39,542 nt of DNA from IMG/VR virus record IMGVR_UViG_3300048915_000060. The stretch is one strand, 5' to 3'. This stretch comes from a virus. Positions 1 to 8,202 of the stretch are shown piece after piece. Under the pieces are notes generated by a model, which saw only the letters and a program-made list of their open reading frames with translations, ran no database searches and had not been told where the DNA came from. Positions within the stretch are counted from its first letter, which is position 1, and the number at the start of each line of letters is the position of its first letter. The position numbers and the translations under genes were made by a program.

Positions 1-127
1 TGCTTAATCATCGCTCGCACCGCAGGCAGATAATCAGCGTGATCCGGTCATCCGGACCGTCGTTCGTGACTTCGTGCTCTTTCAGGTTATCGAAGTACCA
101 GACTTCGCCTGGCGCCATCGCAACCCG
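1..127. repeat. Terminal direct repeat, copy 1 (identical to 39416-39542)
   Basis: Bases 1-127 (tgcttaatcatcgctcgcacc...ggcgccatcgcaacccg) recur base-for-base at 39416-39542. The repeat lies inside coding sequence, so it reads as a circular-assembly overlap or terminal redundancy. Confidence 0.9.
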
Positions 128-571
128 CTCTTCTTCCACGCGGTTCACGCATTGCGGATTGGACTGTAAAACCACGTACAGCTTGGTATTGTAATACTTC
201 GCGTGCCAGCCGTCGTCCGCGTGCGGTTCGATGCGCCCGCCTGGTGGGATGCGGGTAATCATTACCCCGCCAATGCGGACCGCGCGCACGCGGTGCGCGA
301 GATCGAACACCACCTGGTGGAGCGACGGCAGCGCGAACCATTCCGGGTAGAATTTGGCGTCGTGCTCATCGTTGAACTTCGAGTAGTCGCCCGATTCCTT
401 GAACGGCTTTTCGTCGTTGTACCGAAGCCAGATATCGTCCATTGCCGCGTGCGGAGTCTCCGGCGCGGTCTTCCTTACCGTGTGCCGGTTCCACAGTTTC
501 GGCTGGCGCGCGATTTCCAGAAGCATGGGCGCCGTGTCGATACCCGCTGCGATCTTTACAAGGTTCCTCAT
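8..571 (-). CDS. Aspartyl/asparaginyl beta-hydroxylase family Fe(II)/2OG oxygenase
   Basis: 187 aa. PGGRIEPHADDG ... GEVWYFDNLKEHEVTN ... RITLII fits the His-x-Asp...His jelly-roll core of the AspH/LpxO (PF05118-type) family. The start overlaps the holin stop. Its stop overlaps (ATGA) the cupin gene start across the circular junction. Confidence 0.7.
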   Translation of the reverse strand: MRNLVKIAAGIDTAPMLLEIARQPKLWNRHTVRKTAPETPHAAMDDIWLRYNDEKPFKESGDYSKFNDEHDAKFYPEWFALPSLHQVVFDLAHRVRAVRIGGVMITRIPPGGRIEPHADDGWHAKYYNTKLYVVLQSNPQCVNRVEEERVAMAPGEVWYFDNLKEHEVTNDGPDDRITLIICLRCER

Positions 572-951
572 TTGCTGACGCCCTTTACGCGTTCGAATGT
601 GTGCAGACCGCCAAGCCCTAACATACCCATGAGAACCGGCATCATCTCCGACAGGTCAGCGGGGCTCAACGTGATCGGGTGGCCGGCGAGCGTCAATCCG
701 AGCTTCGCGATAGGCAGGCCCATCCAGTTCCATACGCAGGCCATGCCACACGCCCAGCCGATGAACGGGCGCCAGCCTGCTACGAACGTGCTTTCGTTCG
801 ATGCTTCAGCCTGATTGATCGCCATCTGCCCTTGAACCATCGTCAGGACAGCGGCCAATTGCTGCTGTTCCTGCTGCGACTTGTCCGGCCAGATGCGGGA
901 AACAATAGTGCTTGCGAAGTCCAGTCCAGCCGTGATCGGATCTAGTGCCAT
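568..951 (-). CDS. Holin (3-TM, GTA-type holin family)
   Basis: 127 aa with a GGAG RBS. NQAEASNESTFVAGWRPFIGWACGMACVWNW resembles the 3-TM holin family (PF11351-like). It has several hydrophobic segments and lies directly downstream of the endolysin. Confidence 0.6.
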   Translation of the reverse strand: MALDPITAGLDFASTIVSRIWPDKSQQEQQQLAAVLTMVQGQMAINQAEASNESTFVAGWRPFIGWACGMACVWNWMGLPIAKLGLTLAGHPITLSPADLSEMMPVLMGMLGLGGLHTFERVKGVSK

Positions 952-1502
952 GATTCGCTCCAGTAGCCGTCACCGACGCCAAGCGCGGTGCAGCACATCT
1001 TCCACAGGTTCACGCGGTCGTCATACCCGTTCAGCCCGCCGTTGATGACTTTCGTAATACCTTCGAAGTCCATCAGTTCGGCGCAGACGTTCAGACCGTG
1101 CGTATTCCAGAACCACGCAGCCGACTGCGCAGCGTTGCCGGGTTGTTCAAGCAACTCCGGATGGTCCGTCAACGGCAGAACGAGCGCATCGCTCGCGCGC
1201 TGGTAGTTCGCGCGGCCCGTGACCTGAATCAGCCCCCGGCCCCGGAACTTGAACCCGTCGCCCTTCTCGGTGTTGCCGAGGTCCGCGCGGCCTTCGTATC
1301 GCTCCTGCGCGGGCGTGGGGCCCCACAGTTCTCTTACGTAGACCAGTCGCCCGGATTCGTGACCGATCTGCGCGAGGAACGCAGCCTGGCGCTTAGGCGA
1401 ATCGATCGCATAAAGCGCCATTGCCGCAGACAGCGGATCAGCCCACGTTTGCGCGCGAGCGAGAGGAATCCCAATGCAAGCGGCCAGTTCTTCTGGAATC
1501 AC
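942..1502 (-). CDS. Endolysin, glycoside hydrolase family 19 (chitinase-like)
   Basis: 186 aa. The GTG start overlaps the upstream stop (GTGA). AAFLAQIGHESG ... FKFRGRGLIQVTGRANY is the GH19 phage lysin signature. Confidence 0.85.
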   Translation of the reverse strand: MIPEELAACIGIPLARAQTWADPLSAAMALYAIDSPKRQAAFLAQIGHESGRLVYVRELWGPTPAQERYEGRADLGNTEKGDGFKFRGRGLIQVTGRANYQRASDALVLPLTDHPELLEQPGNAAQSAAWFWNTHGLNVCAELMDFEGITKVINGGLNGYDDRVNLWKMCCTALGVGDGYWSESWH

Positions 1503-1711
1503 AGTTTGCCCGTCGCCGTCAGGATCTCCGTCACCTTGTCAGGTGTCGCCTTCGCGCCGTCGTCTACGATAGCTGTGATCTGCGACGTAAGCGTCGTCAT
1601 TTGCTGCGCGCGCGTCTGGATACCAACGAGATTTTCCAGTTTCGTTGCTACGCTATCCGCGCTAGAGATTACCGCGTTGTAATCTGCTTCGATCTGATCC
1701 CAAAACGACAT
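1499..1711 (-). CDS. Hypothetical 70-aa protein (lysis-cassette neighbour)
   Basis: Internal ATG (MSFWDQIEADY...) preceded by AGGAG. The 122-aa version in the ORF track has no RBS and would overlap the upstream gene. Confidence 0.5.
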   Translation of the reverse strand: MSFWDQIEADYNAVISSADSVATKLENLVGIQTRAQQMTTLTSQITAIVDDGAKATPDKVTEILTATGKL

Positions 1712-1721
1712 GATAAGACTC

Positions 1722-1913
1722 CTATTTAAAGAACTTTCCGAAACCGCCAGCTGCGCCGTAGGCGGCAAGCCAGAGTATGAGGTAGAAACACGCCTTCCAC
1801 ACCAGGGAGAGAACGCCCTTCCCGATATTAAGCTGAAAGCGCTGCGCAGCCCGTCTTTCCAGTTCATCGACTATCGCCTTGACATCGCCCTCGGTGAGCG
1901 TTCTGTTTTCCAT
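1722..1913 (-). CDS. Small membrane protein (63 aa, C-terminal TM)
   Basis: ATG start. Hydrophobic segment VLSLVWKACFYLILWLAAYGAAGG. Lies just upstream of the endolysin module. Confidence 0.5.
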   Translation of the reverse strand: MENRTLTEGDVKAIVDELERRAAQRFQLNIGKGVLSLVWKACFYLILWLAAYGAAGGFGKFFK

Positions 1914-1933
1914 TCCCCGGCCCTCTTTCCATG

Positions 1934-2710
1934 TTATGCGTATTCGTAGACTATGATTAACCCCGGCGCACCATTACCGCCTGCCCTGTCGCTTTGCGAC
2001 GCACCGTTGAACGCCCCACTTCCGCCGCCGCCGCCAAACCCGATACCGTTATTGCCGACTGTGTTAACGCTGGCTACCGACGCCCCGCCCGCGCTGTACA
2101 AGGAATTGCCGCCCTGCCCGGATACCCCGATTAGTCCTGTCGTATAGGCCCACCCAGCGCCGCCTGCCTGCCCTGCCACGTTCAGGATGCTACCTGGAGT
2201 GGCTACCGTGCCGCCCGCTCCGGGATTCGTGATAGGCGACGTACCGGAGGGGCCTGTGGTTCCGCCCGCGCCACCGTTGCACACGATCAAACCCTGGAAA
2301 CCAGTTGTGCCGCCGGTGTTGCCATTGCCGCCTGCCGCGCCTAATCCGCCGGGGCCGATGACGACCGCCCCGCTTACCGGGCTCGCGATCAGTCCACGCG
2401 AGTACGCACCCGCGCCGCCACCTGAACCTATCGAGAATTGTCCTACGCCAGTCGTCGGTGCGCCGCCGCCCGCGCCGCCGCCGCCCCACACTTCCACATA
2501 GGCGCGCGTCGTGCGCGCGGTAGGCGTGTAGGTTCCGGAAACGAGAAATACCTGCACGTTGATTAGCTGCGTACCGCCGATAACCGCCGTGTTCGCCAGT
2601 GCATTCGCGTTCACCTGGTTGACGATGAAATTGAAGTCGCTCATCACCTGGTTAGCGTCCGCGACCGTGCCATTTTGCAACGTAACCGGGAGAGTGCCGA
2701 TGATCGCCAT
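1934..2710 (-). CDS. Glycine-rich tail fibre-like protein
   Basis: 258 aa. The N-terminus LPVTLQNGTVADANQVMSDFNFI is typical of phage tail-fibre N-termini. The core AYVEVWGGGGAGGGAP is followed by long Gly-rich beta-type repeats (glycine-rich domain family). Confidence 0.65.
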   Translation of the reverse strand: MAIIGTLPVTLQNGTVADANQVMSDFNFIVNQVNANALANTAVIGGTQLINVQVFLVSGTYTPTARTTRAYVEVWGGGGAGGGAPTTGVGQFSIGSGGGAGAYSRGLIASPVSGAVVIGPGGLGAAGGNGNTGGTTGFQGLIVCNGGAGGTTGPSGTSPITNPGAGGTVATPGSILNVAGQAGGAGWAYTTGLIGVSGQGGNSLYSAGGASVASVNTVGNNGIGFGGGGGSGAFNGASQSDRAGGNGAPGLIIVYEYA

Positions 2711-2712
2711 GA

Positions 2713-4338
2713 TTAGCTGCCCATATTCGTGTATCCGGTGTCCTGATACCGGGCGAAGAAAGACCCGATGGACACACTGTTAGAGGAAGTCGCCATGACA
2801 TCGAGCGCCATTTTCTGGAACACCAGCGGCGCAGTCCAGGGGATTGTGTACACGTGCGGAATGTTAACGCCTGTACTCCAGACCCCAGTGCCCCACAGGC
2901 CAGCGCCCCACAGAAAGCCCGTGGCCGGCGTATTGACGAACGTCGAACCGATCACATTTGTCTGATCGTTGAGCGCCGCAATATTGTAATTTACCGAGGC
3001 ACCAGACGAAGACAGTTCAAGTGTCGATTCAACGACTTGCACTTCCTGCATATGGCCTGTCTTCGGAAATGAAGACGACGTTAGGTGACTCGTAAGCGGC
3101 ACCCCGTTGTCTGTGTATGACGTGGTTGCGGTCGGGATCGAATCACTTTTGAACAGCGCGGCGCCGTGCGCAGCACCCGAAATAATGAACGAATCCCCCA
3201 ACTGTGAAGCGCAGTCGTAGGAGAACGTATGCGGCCCCGTCCATCGGTTGCGCCGGATACCGTACCAGTAATCGTTCGTTGCCGTGGCGCCTCTCACGAT
3301 GGTCGCCATGTAGATGCGATAGATGTTCCCGGAAAACCCCGCCGCGACGCGCGTAGGCTCCGTCACGTTCTGGAAAGGCTGCTGAAGATCCGCAACCCCG
3401 CCCCCTTGACCGGGCGTACTTGACAGAGGGCCTAACGTGCCGAAATAGCTCAGAACGTAAGGAGAATCGACGCCTGCAAAGAAAATCCCGTACGGTGTCT
3501 GCACCGCGCTGCGGGGCGACACGCAGCCCGTCGTCAGCGTGATGTAGTTCAGCGCCAGATTGTTTGTCGCCGTGTCGCCTGTGATTTGCCAGATACTGCC
3601 GCCCTTGAACGCGACAAGCGCAGCTTGTACGCCTGACGATGTAGTCTGGATAGGAAGACCTGACAGCGTAGTAACCAGTGTGGTGTCACCCACGGTTACG
3701 GATTGCGTTGCATTCGTCCGCGTAGTCGGGTTCAGAACGTCACTGAAGAAAAGAATGCTGCCGACCGCGAACCACGCGCGGTTGTTGTAGTTCGCGACAG
3801 CGGTAGGTACTGCCGGCAGGGCGTTCGTGGCCGTGTTAGTTGAACTCCATACGGGCGCCGCTGGCGTCGTGATGTCTATCACGCCGAAGAAATTAGTTCC
3901 CGTGCCGCTGAACCCGTTGTGGGCAACGATAATCTTTGTGCTTACCACTGCCATGACAGGTGGCGTCCACGGGCCAGTAGTTGACGGGGACAGCGGAGTG
4001 TTAGCCGCCGTCACGCCTGATATCGTAATGAAAGAGTTCGTCGCGGTATCGTACGCGAACGGTTCATCGTGGTTCGCATTGCGCGCGGTCGAAACCATGC
4101 CGTAAACCACGGTTCCGATGACGATATGCACCGACACGAAAGTCGGCGTCGTGAAACTGCCGAACGACGTTAACGGATTGCCGACTCCCGGTCGGGAAAC
4201 CACGATTTCCGGGTTCCCCTGGTCAAAAACAAGATTCTGGAGTTGAGAGCACGCGCCGGGGAAGGCGTCTGTTGCGTCGAACGCGTCACAGATCCCTTTT
4301 GGCGTGAAGCGTACCGGTTGACCGTTGCGGATTGCCAT
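2713..4338 (-). CDS. Virion tail protein, function uncertain (possibly nozzle / tail-tubular-B-like)
   Basis: 541 aa with an AAGGAG RBS. It is beta-rich and Thr/Ser/Gly-rich. The call rests on its position between the adaptor-like gene and the fibre gene; no firm motif. Confidence 0.4.
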   Translation of the reverse strand: MAIRNGQPVRFTPKGICDAFDATDAFPGACSQLQNLVFDQGNPEIVVSRPGVGNPLTSFGSFTTPTFVSVHIVIGTVVYGMVSTARNANHDEPFAYDTATNSFITISGVTAANTPLSPSTTGPWTPPVMAVVSTKIIVAHNGFSGTGTNFFGVIDITTPAAPVWSSTNTATNALPAVPTAVANYNNRAWFAVGSILFFSDVLNPTTRTNATQSVTVGDTTLVTTLSGLPIQTTSSGVQAALVAFKGGSIWQITGDTATNNLALNYITLTTGCVSPRSAVQTPYGIFFAGVDSPYVLSYFGTLGPLSSTPGQGGGVADLQQPFQNVTEPTRVAAGFSGNIYRIYMATIVRGATATNDYWYGIRRNRWTGPHTFSYDCASQLGDSFIISGAAHGAALFKSDSIPTATTSYTDNGVPLTSHLTSSSFPKTGHMQEVQVVESTLELSSSGASVNYNIAALNDQTNVIGSTFVNTPATGFLWGAGLWGTGVWSTGVNIPHVYTIPWTAPLVFQKMALDVMATSSNSVSIGSFFARYQDTGYTNMGS

Positions 4339-4347
4339 ACGGTCTCC

Positions 4348-5052
4348 TTAGTCGGTGATTTTTGTCGGTTTTAGACTGCGGTTCGAGTGGAAGCGACGCG
4401 GATCGAGGCGTACAGACTTCACAACCTGCTGTTCGTCGCCTTCCATGATGAGATGCACGCGCAGCATGTTCTGGCATTGCTGGAGGAAGCTTTCTCGCCG
4501 CGTATCGTCAGTGATGTCCATCAGGCGTGCTGCTGTCGCCTTGATGAGATAGTCCTGATCCGGGAACCACGGGACGACCGTTGAAGTCTCCGGCGCCGTG
4601 ATATCAGGCTGCTTCACCATGTAGCGGTGCGTCAGCGTGATCTGACCGGATGACTGCGGATAAATGAATAGCGTGCCCGCCGAGTTCTGCGCCAATGCCG
4701 TCGTTTCATCTACCAGGATGGTCATAAATTCGTACGGGTAGTTCGCAATCGACGGGTCTTTAAACTCCTGGTCGTACTCTTCCGTACTGATCGGATTCAG
4801 GAAGTACGGCAGGTTGTTCTGTTCGAAGAACAGATCGTACGTGCGCAGATAGTTCAACGGCAGCGTGAACGGGCCGAAGTTGTTCGCCTGTACGAGAATG
4901 GATTCGGTAACGCGATTGATCTTCAGGTCGCGATGCAACCAGAGATCCTCCAGGGCCATGTTAAGCATCTGGCCGCCGATCTGCGTAAAGCCGGGGCATT
5001 TGCAGATCGCACAGGCCAGACTAACAATCTGTTGCGCCTGGAGGTAAGCCAT
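4348..5052 (-). CDS. Virion protein, possibly tail adaptor / tail-tubular-A-like
   Basis: 234 aa. TAATG coupling to the upstream gene. The call rests on size, position downstream of the capsid genes and the N-terminal pattern AQQIVSLACAICK...ALEDLW. This is weak. Confidence 0.35.
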   Translation of the reverse strand: MAYLQAQQIVSLACAICKCPGFTQIGGQMLNMALEDLWLHRDLKINRVTESILVQANNFGPFTLPLNYLRTYDLFFEQNNLPYFLNPISTEEYDQEFKDPSIANYPYEFMTILVDETTALAQNSAGTLFIYPQSSGQITLTHRYMVKQPDITAPETSTVVPWFPDQDYLIKATAARLMDITDDTRRESFLQQCQNMLRVHLIMEGDEQQVVKSVRLDPRRFHSNRSLKPTKITD

Positions 5053-5438
5053 TACGCTGCCTTTTTCACGGACGCAATCTTCGCCTGACCTTCTTCGAGC
5101 TTGGACTGAATCTGCTTGATCTGGACCGGCAGGTTGCGCATCGATGCGTCATCCTGGCTCGTGAGCTTGTGCTTTGCCTTCGAGCGCTCCAGAAGGTCAG
5201 CATACGCCTTGCGATGGTCTTCCAGCATGCGCTCCAGTGCTTCGACTTCCTTCTGAAGGACGGGCACTTCGAGAATCGCCTGCTGGCGGATCAGGGCTTC
5301 CCGGCACGTGTCCATGCGTTCGTTCAGCGACCCCAGCGATTCGGATTCGTAGACGTAACCGCTGATCGACACAGACGCACCGTTAGGCGCGGGGAGGTTG
5401 ATCTGGAAATTGCCGAGAACTGCGGTCTGTTCGCTCAC
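5052..5438 (-). CDS. Hypothetical structural-module protein (128 aa, coiled-coil C-terminus)
   Basis: GTG start with a GAGGA RBS. GC-rich third codon positions. Sits inside the late operon. Confidence 0.55.
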   Translation of the reverse strand: MSEQTAVLGNFQINLPAPNGASVSISGYVYESESLGSLNERMDTCREALIRQQAILEVPVLQKEVEALERMLEDHRKAYADLLERSKAKHKLTSQDDASMRNLPVQIKQIQSKLEEGQAKIASVKKAA

Positions 5439-5449
5439 TTTGGTTCCTC

Positions 5450-5935
5450 TTATCGACGGCGGTCGCCACCGCGCAGCACGCGGTCTTGAGCCACCTTGTA
5501 GGCGTTTTCATTCGCCCCGTTGATGTTATTCTCGTGATCCCATGTGCGGGCCACGATTTCCTTGACACTGCGCAGCACGTCCGTGGTGAATTCGTACGTT
5601 GTGCCGTGGACATACTGCTGTCCATTCAGGCGGATATCGATACCCCCGCACGGTGCCAGGTCGATACGATACCACCACATATCCACGCCGTCCGACGTCT
5701 TGCGCGAGAAGCGCTCGGTGACGTTGGTCGTGAACATGGACGACTGCGCCTGTGCCGACAGACGGGCGGACTCTTCCTCTGCGATCAGCCGGCCAGCGGT
5801 TGATTTTTCCAGTTCGGCTTCCAGGGCCTTGATTCGGGCCTTGAGCTGTTCCGGCGTCTCAACTGCGGACGGCAGATCGTTTTCGAGGTTTTCATCCCCG
5901 CCTTCCGGCGGGGTGTTAGGCGTGCGCGGGGGCAT
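5450..5935 (-). CDS. Hypothetical structural-module protein (161 aa)
   Basis: ATG with an AGGAG RBS immediately after the capsid gene stop. Acidic, coiled-coil N-terminus. Confidence 0.55.
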   Translation of the reverse strand: MPPRTPNTPPEGGDENLENDLPSAVETPEQLKARIKALEAELEKSTAGRLIAEEESARLSAQAQSSMFTTNVTERFSRKTSDGVDMWWYRIDLAPCGGIDIRLNGQQYVHGTTYEFTTDVLRSVKEIVARTWDHENNINGANENAYKVAQDRVLRGGDRRR

Positions 5936-5947
5936 TTATGCTCCTGA

Positions 5948-7465
5948 TTACGGGGTTGTCACAGTACCGGCAGTATACCCCGGCGTGAAGGCCGAACCGG
6001 CTTCGACGCGCGCGAGGAACGCCTGATTCAGGATGATCGAGCCGTAGAACACCTTCCACGACACGACACGCGTCTGATTCAACGGGTCCGACTTGTCAGC
6101 GCCCGTCAGGTAGTGGAATTCCGGGTTCTCCAGAAGCACCTGACCGTACGAGTGGTTGCCGATAAAGATCGTCGGGAACACGCTCACGCCCGTGGCTGGA
6201 GCTGCCGGCGGTGTTTGCGCGACGCCGATACCCGTCAGCGTAACCGTCTGGTTCGGGAGCAGCTGCGTCGCCTGACCGGCCAGCGGGCCCGTGACGGGAA
6301 CCCCGTTACCGATTGCCGTTGCCAGATTGCCCGGTGTGGCCGACGTGCCGATGTACACGTTGAACACGTAGTTCGGCACGTTCGGGATCACAACCGAAAT
6401 CGAGCCCGTGGGGCCCGTAACGCTGATCGCGTTCGACACCTGATAAATGATCTGTTCGACCGACGTTTGTGCGGGCGATGCCGTCACGATGATCTGGTAA
6501 CCGGCATTCGTTGCCAGCGTGCCGCCCGACGCCGACGCCGTACCCTGGATGGCGGCCGCGCCCGTCCAGTAAGGCATCATGTTCGATTCAACGAAGCGCG
6601 CGCCGTTGAACGGGCCGAGTTCGTTGTTGTACAGGCGGTTCACGTCGCTGTACGACCACGCGTTGACGACCGTCGTGTTCTCGCGCATGTCTTGCGCCGA
6701 CAGCGGATGGATCAGCGCAACGTAATGCTGCATGACAGCCGGTGACTTCGACGGATCGCGATACGCGCCCGCTTCGATCATCATGTCTTCGCGTTCGTCG
6801 CCCATGAAGCGCGGGACGCCGTACGTCAGGAACGAACCAACGATGCGGTTCGTTTCGTGCGGGGTCATCACGTCGGTTGCGAGCAGGTTCGCGCGCGAGG
6901 CCTTGCCGTTCGCGTAGTTCACCTGCGTGGTGGCCAGAAGCGTGTTGAACGTGTTGCGTTCGAGCGTCTCCGGCAGTTGCAGGCCGACCAGTTCACAGGC
7001 TTGCTGGAACAGCGGATGCTTGATGGTCAGGTTCGCCACGTCGGTGATGATGACGCGATCACCCCATTGCTGCGCGGTCGCGCTGACCTGCTGCAGGGTC
7101 ATCGCTTCGCCGGGAGGCGCAACGCCTTCCTGCAACGGCGCGAACGGCAGCGGCAGACGCTGGTAGCGCGAAGCCGTGTACGTCGTGCCCCGGTTCGTGT
7201 CCAGCTTCAGCGGTTTGCCGAACTGGTACGCGACCAGTTGGCGGCGCGCGAGCGGCTCGACTTCTTCCTGAATGTACGCTTCAACGTCCGCCGTGAAGCT
7301 GGTGGACTGGTTGGTGACGCCGGGGAACAAATACATTGGAAGTTGCCGGTACGCCATTAACGTCCATGTCCGCCCGCTATCACGCTTGTGATAGTTGACG
7401 AAGAACGAGATGATCGTTTGCAGCGTGAGGGCCCACAAGAGGCCCAGTTTCTTGAGGTATTTCAT
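5948..7465 (-). CDS. Major capsid protein, N4-gp56-type (HK97 fold)
   Basis: 505 aa from the ATG at 7465 (GAGGAAACC-ATG, 17 nt after the scaffold stop). LVAYQFGKPLKLDTNRGTTYTASRYQRLP ... VALIHPLSAQDMR ... VVSWKVFYGSIILNQAF resembles the N4-gp56 capsid family. The 603-aa ORF in the track is an Arg-rich out-of-gene extension. Confidence 0.75.
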   Translation of the reverse strand: MKYLKKLGLLWALTLQTIISFFVNYHKRDSGRTWTLMAYRQLPMYLFPGVTNQSTSFTADVEAYIQEEVEPLARRQLVAYQFGKPLKLDTNRGTTYTASRYQRLPLPFAPLQEGVAPPGEAMTLQQVSATAQQWGDRVIITDVANLTIKHPLFQQACELVGLQLPETLERNTFNTLLATTQVNYANGKASRANLLATDVMTPHETNRIVGSFLTYGVPRFMGDEREDMMIEAGAYRDPSKSPAVMQHYVALIHPLSAQDMRENTTVVNAWSYSDVNRLYNNELGPFNGARFVESNMMPYWTGAAAIQGTASASGGTLATNAGYQIIVTASPAQTSVEQIIYQVSNAISVTGPTGSISVVIPNVPNYVFNVYIGTSATPGNLATAIGNGVPVTGPLAGQATQLLPNQTVTLTGIGVAQTPPAAPATGVSVFPTIFIGNHSYGQVLLENPEFHYLTGADKSDPLNQTRVVSWKVFYGSIILNQAFLARVEAGSAFTPGYTAGTVTTP

Positions 7466-7481
7466 GGTTTCCTCTTCGTGG

Positions 7482-8201
7482 TTAAATGTTCTGATTCTCA
7501 AGACGCGCGCGAAGCTTGTCTTTGTCCGAACGCCCTGAACGGGCGGGCACATCGCTGCGCACGCCCGCTGTCTTGCCCCGGTTGACTGCCGGCGCGGAAC
7601 TGGCTTTGGGCTTCGCCTTAAGCTTGCCTTCAGCAATGTCCTTGCCGAGCATCCAGTAGTACACGTCTTCGCGCGAGGCTTGCTGGCCGCGCGAGCGCGC
7701 CTTCTGGACTTCTTCTTCCACGCGCTCCGTGTACTTCGCGCGGCGCGGTTCGCTCGCAATCTTAGATTCGAAGCGCGTACGATCCGACATGTCCTGCGCC
7801 TGGAACATCGCCTGCTGCGCCTGGCGCTGCGTGTCGCGCAGCGTGCGGTTCGCCTGAATCTGCCAGCGCTCCATCTCCGACGTGTCCGGATTGCGGAGAC
7901 GCTCTTCTTCGCGCTGGTGCTCCGGGTCTACCGTGGGCTGACTCGAAAGCCTCGCCTCAGCGGCGAGACGCCCCCGGCGCTCGACTTCAGCCTCCAGGCG
8001 AGCCAGACGCTCAGCAGAATCATCACGGCGCGAGGTCTGCCGGACAGGAGGATCGTCAGGCAGGTCATCAGCAGGCAGATCCAGATCATCATCGCTATCG
8101 GGATCAGATGCAGGCAGGTCATCAGGAAGGGGATCATCGTCCGTTTCTCCGTCAATCCCCGGAAAAAGAAGGCCTAAGAGTTTTTTAAGCAGCTTGTTCA
8201 C
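7482..8201 (-). CDS. Scaffolding protein
   Basis: 239 aa from the GTG at 8201 (GGAGCTAAA-GTG, 1 nt after the upstream TAA). It has a very acidic DDDPLPDDLPASDPDSDDD tract followed by Arg/Glu/Gln-rich coiled coil. It lies immediately upstream of the capsid gene. Confidence 0.65.
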   Translation of the reverse strand: MNKLLKKLLGLLFPGIDGETDDDPLPDDLPASDPDSDDDLDLPADDLPDDPPVRQTSRRDDSAERLARLEAEVERRGRLAAEARLSSQPTVDPEHQREEERLRNPDTSEMERWQIQANRTLRDTQRQAQQAMFQAQDMSDRTRFESKIASEPRRAKYTERVEEEVQKARSRGQQASREDVYYWMLGKDIAEGKLKAKPKASSAPAVNRGKTAGVRSDVPARSGRSDKDKLRARLENQNI

Positions 8202-8202
8202 T

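Noticed and set aside
7466-7759. N-terminal 98-aa extension of the capsid ORF (603-aa version). Similar extensions affect the PAPS-reductase ORF (20950..21132), the 260-aa protein (16668..16826) and the scaffold (8202..8303).
   Set aside because: The extensions are Arg-rich junk that overlap the upstream genes and lack an RBS. Internal starts with GGAG-type RBS placed just after the upstream stop fit the operon's coupling pattern. In the PAPS case the extension masks a clear AlpA-like gene in another frame.
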